A stretch of DNA of 64,000 nt. Origin: Lytechinus pictus (Eukaryota). Positions 12,290 to 26,124 of the stretch are shown piece by piece. Both the position numbers and the translations under genes were made by a program. Location: positions 17,114,001 to 17,178,000 of the forward strand of contig NC_087252.1 in the NCBI RefSeq assembly GCF_037042905.1. Direction: 5' to 3'. Below the pieces are notes generated by a model. It worked only from the letters and a program-made list of their open reading frames with translations, did not search any database and was not told where the DNA came from. Position 1 is the first letter of the stretch, and the number at the start of each line of letters is the position of its first letter.

Positions 12290-13110
12290 TACTGTATGAT
12301 ACCTCCATGATACCTGGTGCACCCGGATTGAAGAGATACTTGGGGACTCTTTCTACTTCCTCCGCGTGTACAGCATGTAGCCGTATGGACACATAACTGT
12401 GTAATTTTCAATGTTCTATTTTATATAATGCATACAGTCGGGTAGACATAAAATTGTCTTATTAATGAATGTTTGGGTTTTCTATGAAATTTGTAATATC
12501 ATATACCTCTTTAGGTTCAGAGAACTCTTTAGAACTGCCATCTGGTAGGAGGTGTCATTTTTGTTGGGATTGTCGTGTCGGGTTTTGCCATTGTGCTCAC
12601 GACAGGTCATAGGCATAGTGGCATAGTTTGGCATGGTGGTCCTGGTAGGTGTGGCTTCTCTTACTGGTTGGCGGCTCTAGAGTTTTTACTGTACACTGAT
12701 GTCTGAATTATTACTCTTTGGAAGTTGGCAGCTCTGGGAGTCAATGTTATTTAATTTATTCATTTGATTTATTCATGTATCCATGTAATAGCTTCCGGTA
12801 CCTGTTTGCATGCTTGAGTACCCACCTTAGACCGCATGGTTCCACTGCGGGTGACACTTTTGTTTCATACAGTGGGTCAGTGGTTGGTAGCGTTTTGTGG
12901 GTGCTCAAGCATGCAAACAGTGTATATTTATGTATATTTTTTATTGATATATTTATATTACATGTATGTATTATTTTGATGTATTTATAGTTTGTGATTG
13001 ATTACTCTTTGTTTCAATGCACTTTTTGTTAATAAGAGTCTGAGGACAATTTTTGTGTTTTTAATTGAACATGACAATAAAAACAATTCAATTGAATCGA
13101 AATGAAATAT
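12290..13110 (+). mobile_element. Probable LINE 3' end/UTR remnant
   Basis: T-rich UTR-like tract ending in aataaaa followed by a degenerate (ttgaa)n tail. Confidence 0.35.
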
Positions 13111-13736
13111 TGGTTAGTCTTTCATATTATATTTCAAAGGCCTTAAGAGATCTTCATTGACCTTTCAAAACAAATAAAGGCTTTCAAATTCCTTTTAAAA
13201 GCCTCGGCCAGTCTTTCAGATGTCTCTGGCAGTATGGCAAACTTCAGTCATTGTGGTCTCTTAAGCCCTTTTCACAATTAGCGGTACGACTGCTTACAAC
13301 CATTGCGATTGTGTGCAACATACATTGTGACCAAATGATCGCAAACGATCGCAAGAGCAGTTGTGAAAGCCCCTTCAGTTAACCTGCAGTTGTCTTGAAG
13401 GTCATGGTATTATGGGTCCTACGGGGGGTTTTTTTATAGAAATTTGTTTTTGGTCTTCCAGTAGTCTTATATGTGGCTTTTCGAGGCTATTCGGAAGAGG
13501 CAGCAAATTTCACTGATCTTGGACAGAGATGGACGATCTCGCAAATTGTTGGACTTCCATAAGTGTTCTCGTTCTGCGGAACGGGAACCTTGCTTAGAAC
13601 AGTATACCAATATATACATTTTTTTTTCTATTTTATTTGTCTGCTGCCCCAAAAGCAACTATAACATTGTCGTTATTGGAATAAGCATTTCAATTAAAGT
13701 TTAAAGAGATTCAACCTCATTATCTTGATTTTTCAG

Positions 13737-13948
13737 AGCATGTTTTAGAACTAGGAGGAGACGAAACGATACAGGTCAGGTCACCTATGTATAGATGGTA
13801 TGCGGCCAGACATGTAGAAGGCTTCTATACCTGGGTAATTAATGCTCCCGAAAACTGCACAGTTCTGGTAAAACTTGAACAACTCGATACACTTGATGGT
13901 AAGGAGTCCCTTGAGATCGGGACTGGGTACAACACATCGAATAATAAG
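13737..13948 (+). CDS. CUB-like domain 3, N-half
   Basis: tttttcag| and AAG|gtaagg, phase 1-0. Translates EHVLELGGDETIQVRSPMYRWYAARHVEGFYTWVINAPENCTVLVKLEQLDTLDGKESLEIGTGYNTSNNK. Confidence 0.87.
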
Positions 13949-13977
13949 GTAAGGAGTAATATGGTTTTCAATGAATT

Positions 13978-14167
13978 CGGCCAGTTGTGGCCCAGTGGAT
14001 TGATCTTGTGACTATAAATCAGAGGATCGTGGGTTCGAATCCCAGCCATGGTGTTATTTCCTTCGGCAAGAATTGGGTACCCTGCAGGAATTTATTCCTC
14101 GAAATGCTCCAACGCTGTGAAAGGTTGCGGGGCTAAAGCTAGGGTAATCACATCATATAGTATCCCT
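13978..14167 (+). mobile_element. tRNA-derived SINE, interrupted at its 3' end
   Basis: A-box-like tggcccagtgg and B-box ggttcgaatcc. The tail appears to resume at ~20525 (ttagaagcgc). Confidence 0.7.
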
Positions 14168-14361
14168 AAAATAGACGCCAATTAGCGAATCTGGAATAAA
14201 ATTATTGGAAATGGTTTTTCTACTGATTTGAGTAGATATGGGTGTCAACGTTTACCGCCAAAAAGTTAGGAGGAATACGGGTTTATATATATATGTATAT
14301 ATATATATATATAATTGTGATGAGCAAGGACCTAAACATTGCGTGGGTGCTTCAGTGAGTA

Positions 14362-14576
14362 ATATATTGGCGAAGAAGCTCAAAAAGCATTGAAGCTAGA
14401 GACGTAGCCTGGATTTCTTCAACTTTTATTAGTACAAGCTTTCGGCCATTTAGTTCGGCCTTCTTCAGGTATCTGAAGATGTAAAAGACATAATGGCTTT
14501 ACATGTAACATGCATATATTTGGATTGAAGAAATCCAGGCTACGTCTCTAGCTTCAATGCTTTTTGAGCTTCTTCG

Positions 14577-14586
<10 letters not shown>
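14362..14586 (-). mobile_element. Penelope-like pseudo-LTR fragment in inverted arrangement
   Basis: Perfect ~60-bp inverted arms (14362-14422 / 14525-14586) next to TA microsatellites. The minus strand has a hammerhead-like motif followed by AATAAA. Confidence 0.65.
14431..14474 (-). ncRNA. Minimal type-I hammerhead ribozyme motif
   Basis: The minus strand reads AGAUAC-CUGAAGA-A-GGCC-gaacuaaau-GGCC-GAAA-GC-UU-GUACU. This gives CUGANGA and GAAA cores, a 4-bp stem II, a palindromic AGCU stem III and a bulged stem I. Confidence 0.6.
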
Positions 14587-14615
<29 letters not shown>

Positions 14616-14617
14616 AC

Positions 14618-15390
14618 ACAGAGTGCGTCCCACAAAAAACGAAACCGAGATTTATCGATGATTTATCATAACTTAATTACAAATACAATAGACAAATGAC
14701 CTACCATTGTAAAGCTTAGAATCTCCTCTTTCATCTGAAATTACTTCGATTATTTCTTATTCACGCATGACTAAGCAAAAACAATTTGAAGAGGGGATAC
14801 CAAAAAGTCATTTGGCGGGCTGTATCTGGGCTTCAAAAAGAAAACCTCATTTCTAAAAAGTACAATATCTGCTCTTTAATTTGATACCTCAATTACAGAA
14901 AATGGTCAAGAAATAACAAAGTTCTGGTTATTTGAAATAAGGCTTGAATTTCAATAATTTCATAGAATGAAGAGGTTTTACAGGCTAGCGTTCAAACTCA
15001 CTTGACACTCCGTTTTGTTGACGATCAGCCATGCATTAAGTCTTTTGTTAACCATACGATATCTTCTGTGGGTAACCGGTGAAAACACGTTTATTTCATG
15101 AAATTATGGAAATACAAGCATCGATTCGAGAGAACATAACTTTTTCACTTCTTGACCATTTTGGCAGATATTTAACTTTTTAGGCATGCGATTTTCCTTT
15201 TGAAATTCAGATACCCCCCCCCCCCCCCCGCCAAATGAGTTTTTGGTATCCTTTCTTCAAATTGTTTTTGCTCACTAATGCGTGAATGAGGAATAATTTA
15301 CATTGGTAGGTCATTTGTCTATTGTATTTGTGATTAAGTTATGATAAATCACCGCTTAATCTCGGTTTCGTTTTTTTCTTGGACGCACTG
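14618..15390. mobile_element. Tc1/mariner-like MITE in a TA repeat
   Basis: TIRs agtgcgtcc...aaaaaacgaaaccgagattt / aatctcggtttcgtttttt...ggacgcactg. Confidence 0.8.
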
Positions 15391-15416
15391 TATATATATA
15401 CAGTATATAATATATA

Positions 15417-16708
<1,292 letters not shown>

Positions 16709-16799
16709 ATCAAGTATATAATTTAAAATGATTTTTATTTTAAGTAGCAGCATTTAATGCATCATAATATCTAAATCAAGGTTGTCGTGTCTTTTTCTC

Positions 16800-18870
16800 T
16801 CCAGCGATAGACCACTCATCTATAATACTATAAACTTTTAGCTTAATCTTCTGAAAATGGATAGGATAGGTCTAACTCTCATGTCACAGCTAGCATCATC
16901 TGAGAGCATTTCCAAACAGCAAAGGGGTGATGATGAAGATAAAAAGAAGATCATCATTAGAGCTGCAGTTCTCAAATGAACTTCAACAAAGTGAATTCCC
17001 TTATTATCATTAATTACCTCTCATTGCGAGCTGCCAGAATCTCTTGAGATGATAATGCTGCAGGACAAAACTTCATATCTGCTCTCTGCCGTACGTCACC
17101 CATGATACTATTTCTACTAGGTATCAGTTTGATCAAGGATCATGTATTTGGTCCAGAACAAATGATTGTTATCATGCACAAATTAGGCATATAATAATGA
17201 AATTCAAAAAGAGATAATAGGTTACAATTACACATTCATCGACGTAACGAAACTCCTACATCACCACTTCCAGTTCTTGAGAATCAAGCTGTGCAACATA
17301 TCAGTAATAATATATATCCTGGTCTAATACGTATCCGGACATCTACCCCCTGGACATCCACCCCCCGGACATCCACCACCCGGACATCCACCCCCCGGAC
17401 ATCCACCCCCTTAGGACATCTACCCCCTAGGACAAGTACCCCCTAGGACATCTACCCCCCGGACATTTACCCCCCGGACATCTACCCCTGGACATCCGGG
17501 AGTAGATGACCGGGGGTAGATGTCCGGGGGGGGGGGTAGATGTCCAAGGGGTAGATGTCCGGGGGTAGATGTCCGGGGGGTAGATGTCTTGGGGGTAGAT
17601 GTCCGGGGGTAGATGTCCGGGGGGTACTTGTCCTAAGGGGGTGGATGTCCGGGGGTGGATGTCCGGGTGGTGGATGTCCGGGGTGGATGTCCAGGGGTAC
17701 ATGTAGATGTCCGGGGGTAAATGTCCTAGGGGGTACTTGTCCTAGGGGGTACTTGTCCTAAGGGGGTAGATGTCCGGGGGGTAGATGTCCGGGGGGTAGA
17801 TGTCCTGGGGGTAAATGTCCGGGGGGTAGATGTCCGGGGGGTAGATGTCCGGGGGGTAGATGTCCTAGGGGGGTACTTGTCCTAAGGGGTGGATGTCCGG
17901 GGGGTGGATGTCCAGGGGGTAGATGTCCTAGAATCGGTCTAATATCCATTGACAGAACATAAGGCTTTCATTGAATGGGCCAGATCAAAGTCCTAAAAAT
18001 GTCAAAAGGTTTTCAAAAAGTTAATTACTCTTTGCTGAAGTTGAGACACTTCATTTACTATGACAAAAGCTGCAGCTCTATAATGATTGTCTTATTTTAC
18101 TTCTTCATCATTGTCCCAGGCTATACGAAAATGTTCACGGATGACGCTACCCATAAGAGTTAGGCCTATTCTTTCCATTTACAGATTAAGTTATAGTTTT
18201 ATAGCATTGATTGTAGCATTTTAGGTTAGTGACCTATTGCTACAGAGAAATTAGTACCTTGGTTTAGATTTATAAAATGCATATCCAAAATCTGCTACTT
18301 TAGACAACTTCACCATTTCAAATTATATCATACATGATTTTTTTTACACTTTTGGCAATGCATTACTACAATATACATCAAAAGGTGCTATTGGATCTCA
18401 ATTTCACCTTGAACTTGAATTTTGACATCATCATTGGTCAAGGATTCAACTATTAAATTTGTGTTCATTTTCCACGCAAGTCAGTCTTTTTCACATCACC
18501 ATACCTATATGCCACTATCACGTTGTATCTACCTATTTACTTAAATTCCCTGACGTTATTGACATAGTTGTTGATTGACCTCTTACCCCTCAATATATTT
18601 TTTATGGCCATTTTTTATCCTTATTTCAGAGTGAAATTATTAAACATCCAAGTTTTCATTACAAATAGCTATCTTTCTTTCTATTATTCACAAATAAAAT
18701 GTAAATATAATGGATTAATTTCTTTTTGGGTAGAATCATGCATGTGTCAGTTATTAAAAGATTTAATCAATTCAATCTTTTAAGTCATAATGTTGTTTGC
18801 TTTGTTTTACAACAATTGTACATGAAAATATACATGAATATTGAAAACAAAATATAACTTAACTTAATAA
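16800..18870 (+). mobile_element. Possible highly decayed LINE
   Basis: KMFTDDAT (FADD-like) near 18130 and an (aactt)n tail near 18855. The reading frames are disrupted. Confidence 0.35.
17330..17936. mobile_element. Foldback element made of ~15-bp tandem repeats
   Basis: A (ggacatctaccccc..)n left arm is inverted to a (..gggggtagatgtcc)n right arm. Flanking direct repeat gtctaata at 17322-17329 and 17937-17944. Confidence 0.85.
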
Positions 18871-20906
18871 TAATTGACTCGTGCCCCCATCATCTCATCT
18901 GGCTTGACATGCCCCAATTGGCCCTGGTGGTCGGTCCAGTTCTTGGCCTCCGCAGCTTGCGATGTCTCTACCACTCGGCCTCCGCAGACAGTTGCCCCTT
19001 GATGAGTAGCCCCCAGATCAGAAAGATGTGGCTTCAACGAATTAGTGGACGAGATCGAGCCCCCAATGATGACATGAGTTTTGACGGATCATGTCGGTGG
19101 AGAACCGGCGGTAGCTGGGGTCGTTATCTCGTCACCGACGTTGTCCCTCAGTTTTAACTTAGACTGCCTATACTAACATCTGTGGTCTATTCTAGCTAAA
19201 GTGGTTCTCCTTGAATTACTGAAACTAACCTCCTAATATACCCTACCGTTACTAGGAATAACTGTAAAATTTCTATAAAGTAATTCAAAGAATTTCAATA
19301 ACGATGAATGCATAAAGCAACACATTCTTAATAACAAAAGACTTCCTGATGTGCATCTGTACATCTACATTCATCAATGCTAGAGCACTGTATAGGTTAT
19401 TTATGACACCTGTATTAATAAAATGCTTCATCTAATAAAATATGACATAAACCTGGTACACTTGTACTCTAAGGGGGGGGGGGGGGGGTATCAAACGTTT
19501 CCAACGCTTGCTTTTGAAATATTTAAAACATATGTACATGCTTGTCTATACAAGCTTACCCTAACCTGGACCAAGTAAATATGTTTAACACATGTTTAAA
19601 CTTTGACTGATATATTCTATAATTAAATTTCTTTCCTGACAGCATGTATATATAAATATTTATTAACTTTTGACCTTTGAGTTTGGATATCAAAGGTGAA
19701 GGATAATTCTTTATGATTATTTTGTGCCTTTTATCTTCTTGCAAAAATTTCCTTTTTTACACTAAAATCACCAACATGCAGCGTTTTATCTTAGAGATAC
19801 CATTATACGATATATAGCATATGTAAAAAGGTCATTGACCCTTGACCATGAACTGTATGGATTAATATGCATTCTAGGTGAATAACTTTATCTTATTTGA
19901 CCTTCCAGTAAGAATCTGTGCATTTTGACACAACGATCACCAACCTGATGTGCCGTTTCATCTCAGAGATACTATTATACAGTATGATACATAATGTAAA
20001 AAAAAAAGTCATTGACCTTTGAAAGGCTTTTACCTTGAATGTTATTGTTTAATGTGCATTCTGGGTACTTAATTTTATTTATTTTATCTTCCTGTAAGAA
20101 ACTCTGCATTTTGACACCAAGATCACCAACCTGCGCCTTTTCATCTCAAAGATACCATTATACCGTATGTGGTATATAATGTATAAAAAGGTCATGGACC
20201 TTTGAAATGCTCTGACCTTGAATTTACTGGATAAATGAGTATCGTAGGTACTTGATTTGATTTTATTTGATCTTCTTGTAAGAATCCGTGCATTTTGACA
20301 CCATGATCACCAACCTGTAATATTTTATCTGGGAGATACAATGATACAGTATATTTAAAAAGGTCATTTTGACGTTTGACCTTGAAAAAAGCATTTTCCC
20401 CAAACCGCATTCCTCCTAATTTTTTGGGGGGTAAATGTTGACACCCATACTTATACTCAAATCAGTCAAAAAGCCATTTCCAATAATTCTATTCTAGGTG
20501 GTTACTAATTACGGGGACTAATGGTCCTTTAGAAGCGCACGGAGACGTTATACAGGCGCGTATTCAAGATGTTGCTCCGAGGGGGGGGGGCGACCTAATT
20601 TTGGCGCCCCTGTGATTTTTTTTTTGGAAAACGGCGCCCCCACCCCGCAAGGCAATCCTAGGTAACTTAAATGCATATTGAATTATTTTATTTCATAATC
20701 ACGTGACAAAAAGGCGATCGAAGATCACTTTTTTAATGTGTTCATAAAAAAAAATATATCCATGAATATGTTGTAATACCATTTTTTCCAAAGAATATAT
20801 GCGACCAGAAAGCAAATAGTCCCTAGCCCTATTACATGCTGGTTAATTTCCAATGAATAAAAGGCTATTAAATATATGTTGCAAAATATTATTCTTATCA
20901 TGTTAG

Positions 20907-21045
20907 ATCTGGTCATTAGATGGAATAATCCCATTGTACTTCAATATCAACTCAAGCGTCGTATGGCTGTGGTTCAAGTCAGAAACTCACGAGAGCCCTC
21001 GGTCACATGGATTTATTGCGTCAGTATCATCAGTATGTGATCAAG
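20907..21045 (+). CDS. CUB-like domain 3, C-half
   Basis: tgttag| and AAG|gtatgt, phase 0-1. Translates IWSLDGIIPLYFNINSSVVWLWFKSETHESPRSHGFIASVSSVCDQ. Paralog of exon 1452-1599. Confidence 0.85.
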
Positions 21046-22316
21046 GTATGTAGTCAGGAAAAAATCTTGGTGTTCCGAGATATACGTTAGACATCGCTTT
21101 TTCGACACAGGTCAAATGGAATTAGCGCGCATCAATGGAATTTTGAAAGTTACCAACTTTGTGGGATTATTAAAGCATATATGGCCACACCTACTTTAAA
21201 CGGCGCCAGTGAGCAGTCGAATTTCAGAGATCCCGTGAAGTTCCGCCTTTTTTAGATCAGTATGGGCTTGTGATCAAGGTAAGATTCCAGAATTTATTTT
21301 TTCCATGAATGCAAGCGTACAAAGAAATTTAATTTTCAAATACATACACAAAAGATAAAACAAAAATACAAAATCAATAACAGATTATATATATAAGCAA
21401 AATAACGTAATGATGAAATGAAAAAAAAATAAAAGCCTTGTTTCATCCCCTCCTGTGATTCCACTGTTGGGAAATAGTGAAGGACAGTGGGAACGATACT
21501 GCGGGGACACTGTTCGGTTTTCCATTCCACATTTGCCGCAATGCTATAAGTTGTAATTTCGCTTTTACATAGTCATGCAGAATATTTATTTATCTATTTG
21601 TCTGTTTATTCATTCATTTTTCCTTGCCACTTATCAAATCAATCCGTTCTTCTCCTCACCGTTTCCTCTCTTCTCCCCCTTCTTCCCCACCCCACTCTTC
21701 CCCCCCCCCTCTCTATCCCTCCCTCTCTCGATGTCTCCCTCTTGATATATCTCTCTCTTAGCGGGTAATGAGCATTACATCGACACAAGAGGTAACTTTA
21801 CTTTCTTATTTTTTTTCATTAAAAGAACTTGAAGCAGGTTTATAAAATGTGTTTTAGAAACAAATATTTTCAAAAACCTATTCTTCTTACAACTCTGGCC
21901 TACAACTATAACGTGGCTGTGGTTACGGTTGGTTTGATCGTTTGATAGTGATGAAGATGATGAAGATGATGATGATGATAGTGATAATAAGCCTTAAGAT
22001 GTGAACAGCGGCGTAACAGGGGTCGGTGGCCAGGGGGGGGGGGGGCAAGAGCCAACAATTTCCCGGTCATGTCATGGTATGAACAGGCGCAATGGTGTAA
22101 TTGGGCGACGATTTTGAGAGGGCCAGACATTGCGTATCAGGCAGAATTTATATTTAAATTTTTTTTGACATTTTTAATACAAAAATCAAATTTTGTGATA
22201 GATTTTAACATGATATCCAGAGAATATAAGTTTCACTCTTCTCTCTTTCCATTCCTTTTTTGTGATCTGTACGCCACTGTGAATAGGATTATTTGCGTCA
22301 GTAGCGTGCAGAGTAA

Positions 22317-22479
22317 TACCTTGGTCACATTTGTTCTACGGCGGCCGTACGGCGAGTCGAAAACAGCCGTTTTAACATTTGTTTGTACCAGCTACATATA
22401 GGTGGTTTTAGTAAAAATGAATAAAATGGCTGTTTTCGACTCGCCGTACGGCCGCCGTAGAGCAAATGTGACCGTGGTA
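22317..22479. mobile_element. PIF/Harbinger-like MITE
   Basis: ~55-bp TIRs (taccttggtcacatttg...) with a TAA target duplication on both sides. Confidence 0.85.
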
Positions 22480-23582
22480 TAAACAAAACAAAAAACGAGG
22501 GGCGCAGTATGGCGCATGTGCTAAAAAGCTGCTTAATATAAGTCCCGAGCGAGCGAAGCGAGCGAGAAAAAAATCACCTTTTCATGAGAATCTAACTTTG
22601 AGATATTTTTTGACATTATATTAAGTAAATAAAATCATATCTTACACTTCTCATTTGCTTTTCTTTCCTCCTTTTTTTTACTTGGTAGAACTTTTAGGTA
22701 CCATGGACCAACCCTTCCTTACTCATATACGGCAGTGCTATACGGTTGGGGTCTGGGGCGGAGCCATTTAAACCTCGCAGATTGCCGCTATTAATCAAAT
22801 CGCGGGTATATACAGAATACAGCTTTTACACAACACATTTATTCAACCCAGTTGAACCAAATATTTTGATGGGCCAAAACATAGCAATTTTTTCATTTCC
22901 TCTTGGGTGTTGAACCAAGACCCCCCCCCCCCCCGCGCCTGTACGCCAGTGATTGAACGTAAAGCTTAATGTAGGAAGGGTACCTACAGGGGAGGGGGCG
23001 TAATAGAGCCATTTGAAGGTCATAGATGAAGAGCCCCTACTGCTTGGGGTCTGGAGCAAAGCCCGGTAGCTTATTTGCATAAAATTTAGGAAGCTAATAG
23101 CAATGCAGTCTTTCTTCCCGCTCTTTATTTTCTATCCTCGTCAGCCCGGTCGTGTTATTAAGTTTTTATTTCTTGTCCCTTTTCTTTGTTTTTCCAATTT
23201 AGCTTTTGACCAATTCCATTCTACCTTCATTTCCCGCTATTGTTTGCCATTTTGCCATCTTTTGATTTATTTCCCATCATGCTATTGCACTACATAGGTC
23301 TATTTCGGAATGATTTGTTCTTTCTCAAATGTTCTTTCGTTCTTCTTCCCGCTTTCCTTCCTTTTCCATTTCAAATTTTTTGTCTTTGTTTTCTATCCAC
23401 TTTTCCCTTTCTCTTTCCTTTTCCTCCTTTCCTTTCTCTCTTTCCTTCCACTTTCCCTTTCTTTCTCCCTCCCTTTTATTTTTTTCCCGTTTTTTTTATT
23501 TTCCCGGTGAAATCCGCCAGGGGGGGGGGGCAGCTTGCCCCCCCCCCTGCCCCCCCCCCCCCCTGTTACGCCACTGGATGTG

Positions 23583-23776
23583 AATGATGGTGTTCATGAT
23601 AACGATGATGATAATGAAGCTAATCATGATATTGGTGATGGTGGTGGTGATGATGATGGTAATAATAATTATGATGATGATAACGATGATGGCGATGGTG
23701 ATGATGATGATTACAATTATCATAATAATGATGATGACGATGATGTTGGTGATGGTGGCGATGATGATGATGATGA
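23583..23776. repeat. (GAT/GGT)n degenerate microsatellite
   Basis: Visible triplet repeat, preceded by a pyrimidine-rich low-complexity tract. Confidence 0.85.
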
Positions 23777-23833
23777 GTTCATAAATTCATATAGATAACT
23801 CGGAAGAAGTTTTTTTGTATTTTTTTTTGTCAG

Positions 23834-24003
23834 GTTCTGGTGTATTATTATCACACGGGGAATCCTTCACCATAGCTTCGCCTAACTTCCCTGAGAACTT
23901 TCCTTCATATAAATCTGTGAATTGGCTTTTCAACCTCCCAGAAGAAGGTTGTCAGCTTACTATTGATTTGAAGAATTTTACAACAAGATCGGAATATGAA
24001 GTT
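23834..24003 (+). CDS. CUB-like domain 4, N-half
   Basis: ttttgtcag| acceptor. Translates GSGVLLSHGESFTIASPNFPENFPSYKSVNWLFNLPEEGCQLTIDLKNFTTRSEYEV. The donor |gtaatt at 24004 was chosen by alignment to paralogous exons; a donor at 24001 is also in phase. Confidence 0.85.
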
Positions 24004-24626
24004 GTAATTATTTTGTTCACTTTTTCACTTTTGTTTCTCTTTTTGTTGTTGTTGGTAATTTGAGTGGTAAAATTGCTTTTCGGCGTACATCCACTCTGCA
24101 CAATGGTCGCGGAACAGGTGGAAGGGGGGGGGGGGGTGGGTAGAAGAAAGTATTTTTTGTTATTATATATTTCAATTATGTTTCTCTTTCACCTTTGTTT
24201 CTATTCCATGTATAAACTAAATAATCACAAAATATCTAAGTTTTACTGATAAAGTTGAAATGATGCAAATTTTGTAAAATGCCGTACAGAGCGTAATTTC
24301 CTACGGCAAGAAAGTTATCCGCATTGTGCTTCACTCGACCCAGGCGAGGTTAATGTGTACCTGGTAGGAATTTATTCCTTGAAATGCCACCGAGCTGTCA
24401 AAGGCTGCGGGGTTAATTACTGCCAGGGTTAAGTTATCCAACGGAGCGCATAGTGACGCAGTTGGCAGTGAAATGCGCTATAATTAAGCGAACAACGTTA
24501 AATAAATTGGCACCTTAAAGAAAAAAAAACAGGAACGGATATCTAGTGTAATAAATATGCAATGGGCGTGAATGCTCTTCTCAACCTAAATCATTATCAT
24601 TAGCATTTCATGTATTATTCACACAG

Positions 24627-24816
24627 CTAAATATCAGTTCAACTGCCGGATTAGAGGGACCACGCTTGCAACAAATGATTTTGTATGGTGACCTCACAAT
24701 AGAACCAATTAAGATCACAACGAGTTCTTCCCTCATCCGATTCAAGAATTCGTTATCTATTGGCCCTGACGTCAGAAGGGGATTTAAAGCTGTACTACAC
24801 GCTGACTGTGAGACAG
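24627..24816 (+). CDS. CUB-like domain 4, C-half
   Basis: cacacag| and CAG|gtatgt, phase 0-1. Translates LNISSTAGLEGPRLQQMILYGDLTIEPIKITTSSSLIRFKNSLSIGPDVRRGFKAVLHADCET. Confidence 0.85.
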
Positions 24817-24942
24817 GTATGTCACGCACCCACCGGATAGAGCTACAACGCGCTCTTTGAGGCCCCTCAAAAGGTCAAAGGGTCAAGCGCGCACAAAGTT
24901 CCATGCTTTGTTTGCTATTGCGTGTACGTACGTCGAGTACTA

Positions 24943-25355
24943 AAGGTCATCGCACACCTTATGTTTGCTCTGCGACCCGATTTTAGAAACGTATATAATT
25001 TGATGCTAATATTGAGACATGGAATATCTTACTGTGTAATATTCTAAATCATACGAATAGCAATGTTCAAACTTGCGGTTATGCTAATAATAATTCTGAC
25101 TAGAATAAAAGAGAATTCGATACTTAATCGTAATGACGTCATAGCAATTGTACGATTGGCTACGCCAACCAATTTGGCATTTACTCCAAAATAAAAGCTT
25201 GCAATCATCCAATCATCAAAAATTGCAATTTTAGTATATTCTCCCAGTTAATTTGAACCTAGAATTAAAAGATACTTTTCATTCACATTTTCAGAAATTG
25301 AGCAAAATGCAATTTGCATGTATTCGAAAATCTGATCGTGGTGTGCGGTCTCCTT
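24943..25355. mobile_element. Harbinger-like MITE (second copy inverted at ~28595-29015, fragment at ~57730)
   Basis: Ends aggtcatcgcacacc / ggtgtgcggtctcct. The internal gacgtcatagca...gtacgattggctacg is shared with the 28.8-kb copy. Confidence 0.65.
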
Positions 25356-26094
25356 TACGCGTTGGTATGGTTGGTCCCAAATACTGTTAAATGTGACATG
25401 GAGTATTTTTCCTTGGTCTCACGGTGTGCGTTCTGCCGCGCACAACGAGCTCTTTCCAGCTTATGCATATCGATGCACATGATGCATGTGACAGGTATGC
25501 CACGTGGTGCCATCGCATCCGCCCCCCCCCCCCCCCCCACTCGGAAGGACCGCATGCGTTTTTTCGCGGGACAAGTCCGGCCCGCGAATTGTAAGAAAAG
25601 GGGTGTTTTTGTATTTTCACCCCGGAGATTTCTTTATTCACGTGTCATTTCATTCACGTGTAAGCCGAAATGGAGGTGCATACACAAAACAGTTGTATTT
25701 TCAAGTTCTTATTTTCCTTTACTCGTTTATACATGGTATTGGAACAAAATACATGAATCTAAAAAAAAAAAAAAGTGGCACTCGCTGATTACAGTGAATG
25801 GCACATTAAGAATTAATACAAATGAGTAAAATGTGATAGCCTTACAATAACGTATCGATATAGTCCAAGTACACGGTTTTTTCGTGAAAGTGATTTATAG
25901 TATTAAATATTTTTTTTTATTGAAACACGTATTCGTAATCATGATGATGGTTAGTGGCATATAGGTTGGTGTCTGGAATGTAGATAACAATATATCAGGG
26001 TGCCGAATAAAGAAAATAACGTGCAGAAAAATATGTTATGACAACACAGAAAACATATAATTATTCACATGTATTTTCTTTTTACCTACAACAG

Positions 26095-26124
26095 ATACAA
26101 CCCATCCGATTATTGATGCAGTTG
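26095..26124 (+). CDS. 30-nt linker micro-exon (DTTHPIIDAV)
   Basis: Pyrimidine tract, aacag| acceptor and G|gtaagt donor, phase 1-1. Homologous to micro-exon 34394-34426. Confidence 0.82.

Noticed and set aside
13978..14050. tRNA gene
   Set aside because: It has A and B boxes but runs into a SINE body and lacks a proper acceptor stem. The same applies at ~28165 and ~54960-55033.
17427..17949. GHLPP/collagen-like proline-rich ORFs
   Set aside because: These are readings of the 15-bp repeat element bounded by a TSD.
18880..19160. GC-richer ORF 18909-19157
   Set aside because: No recognisable domain or splice context, and it lies inside a nested transposon, so it is probably a retroelement remnant.
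23240..23798. Phe-rich and Asp-rich ORFs
   Set aside because: Low-complexity pyrimidine and GAT tracts without convincing splice context.
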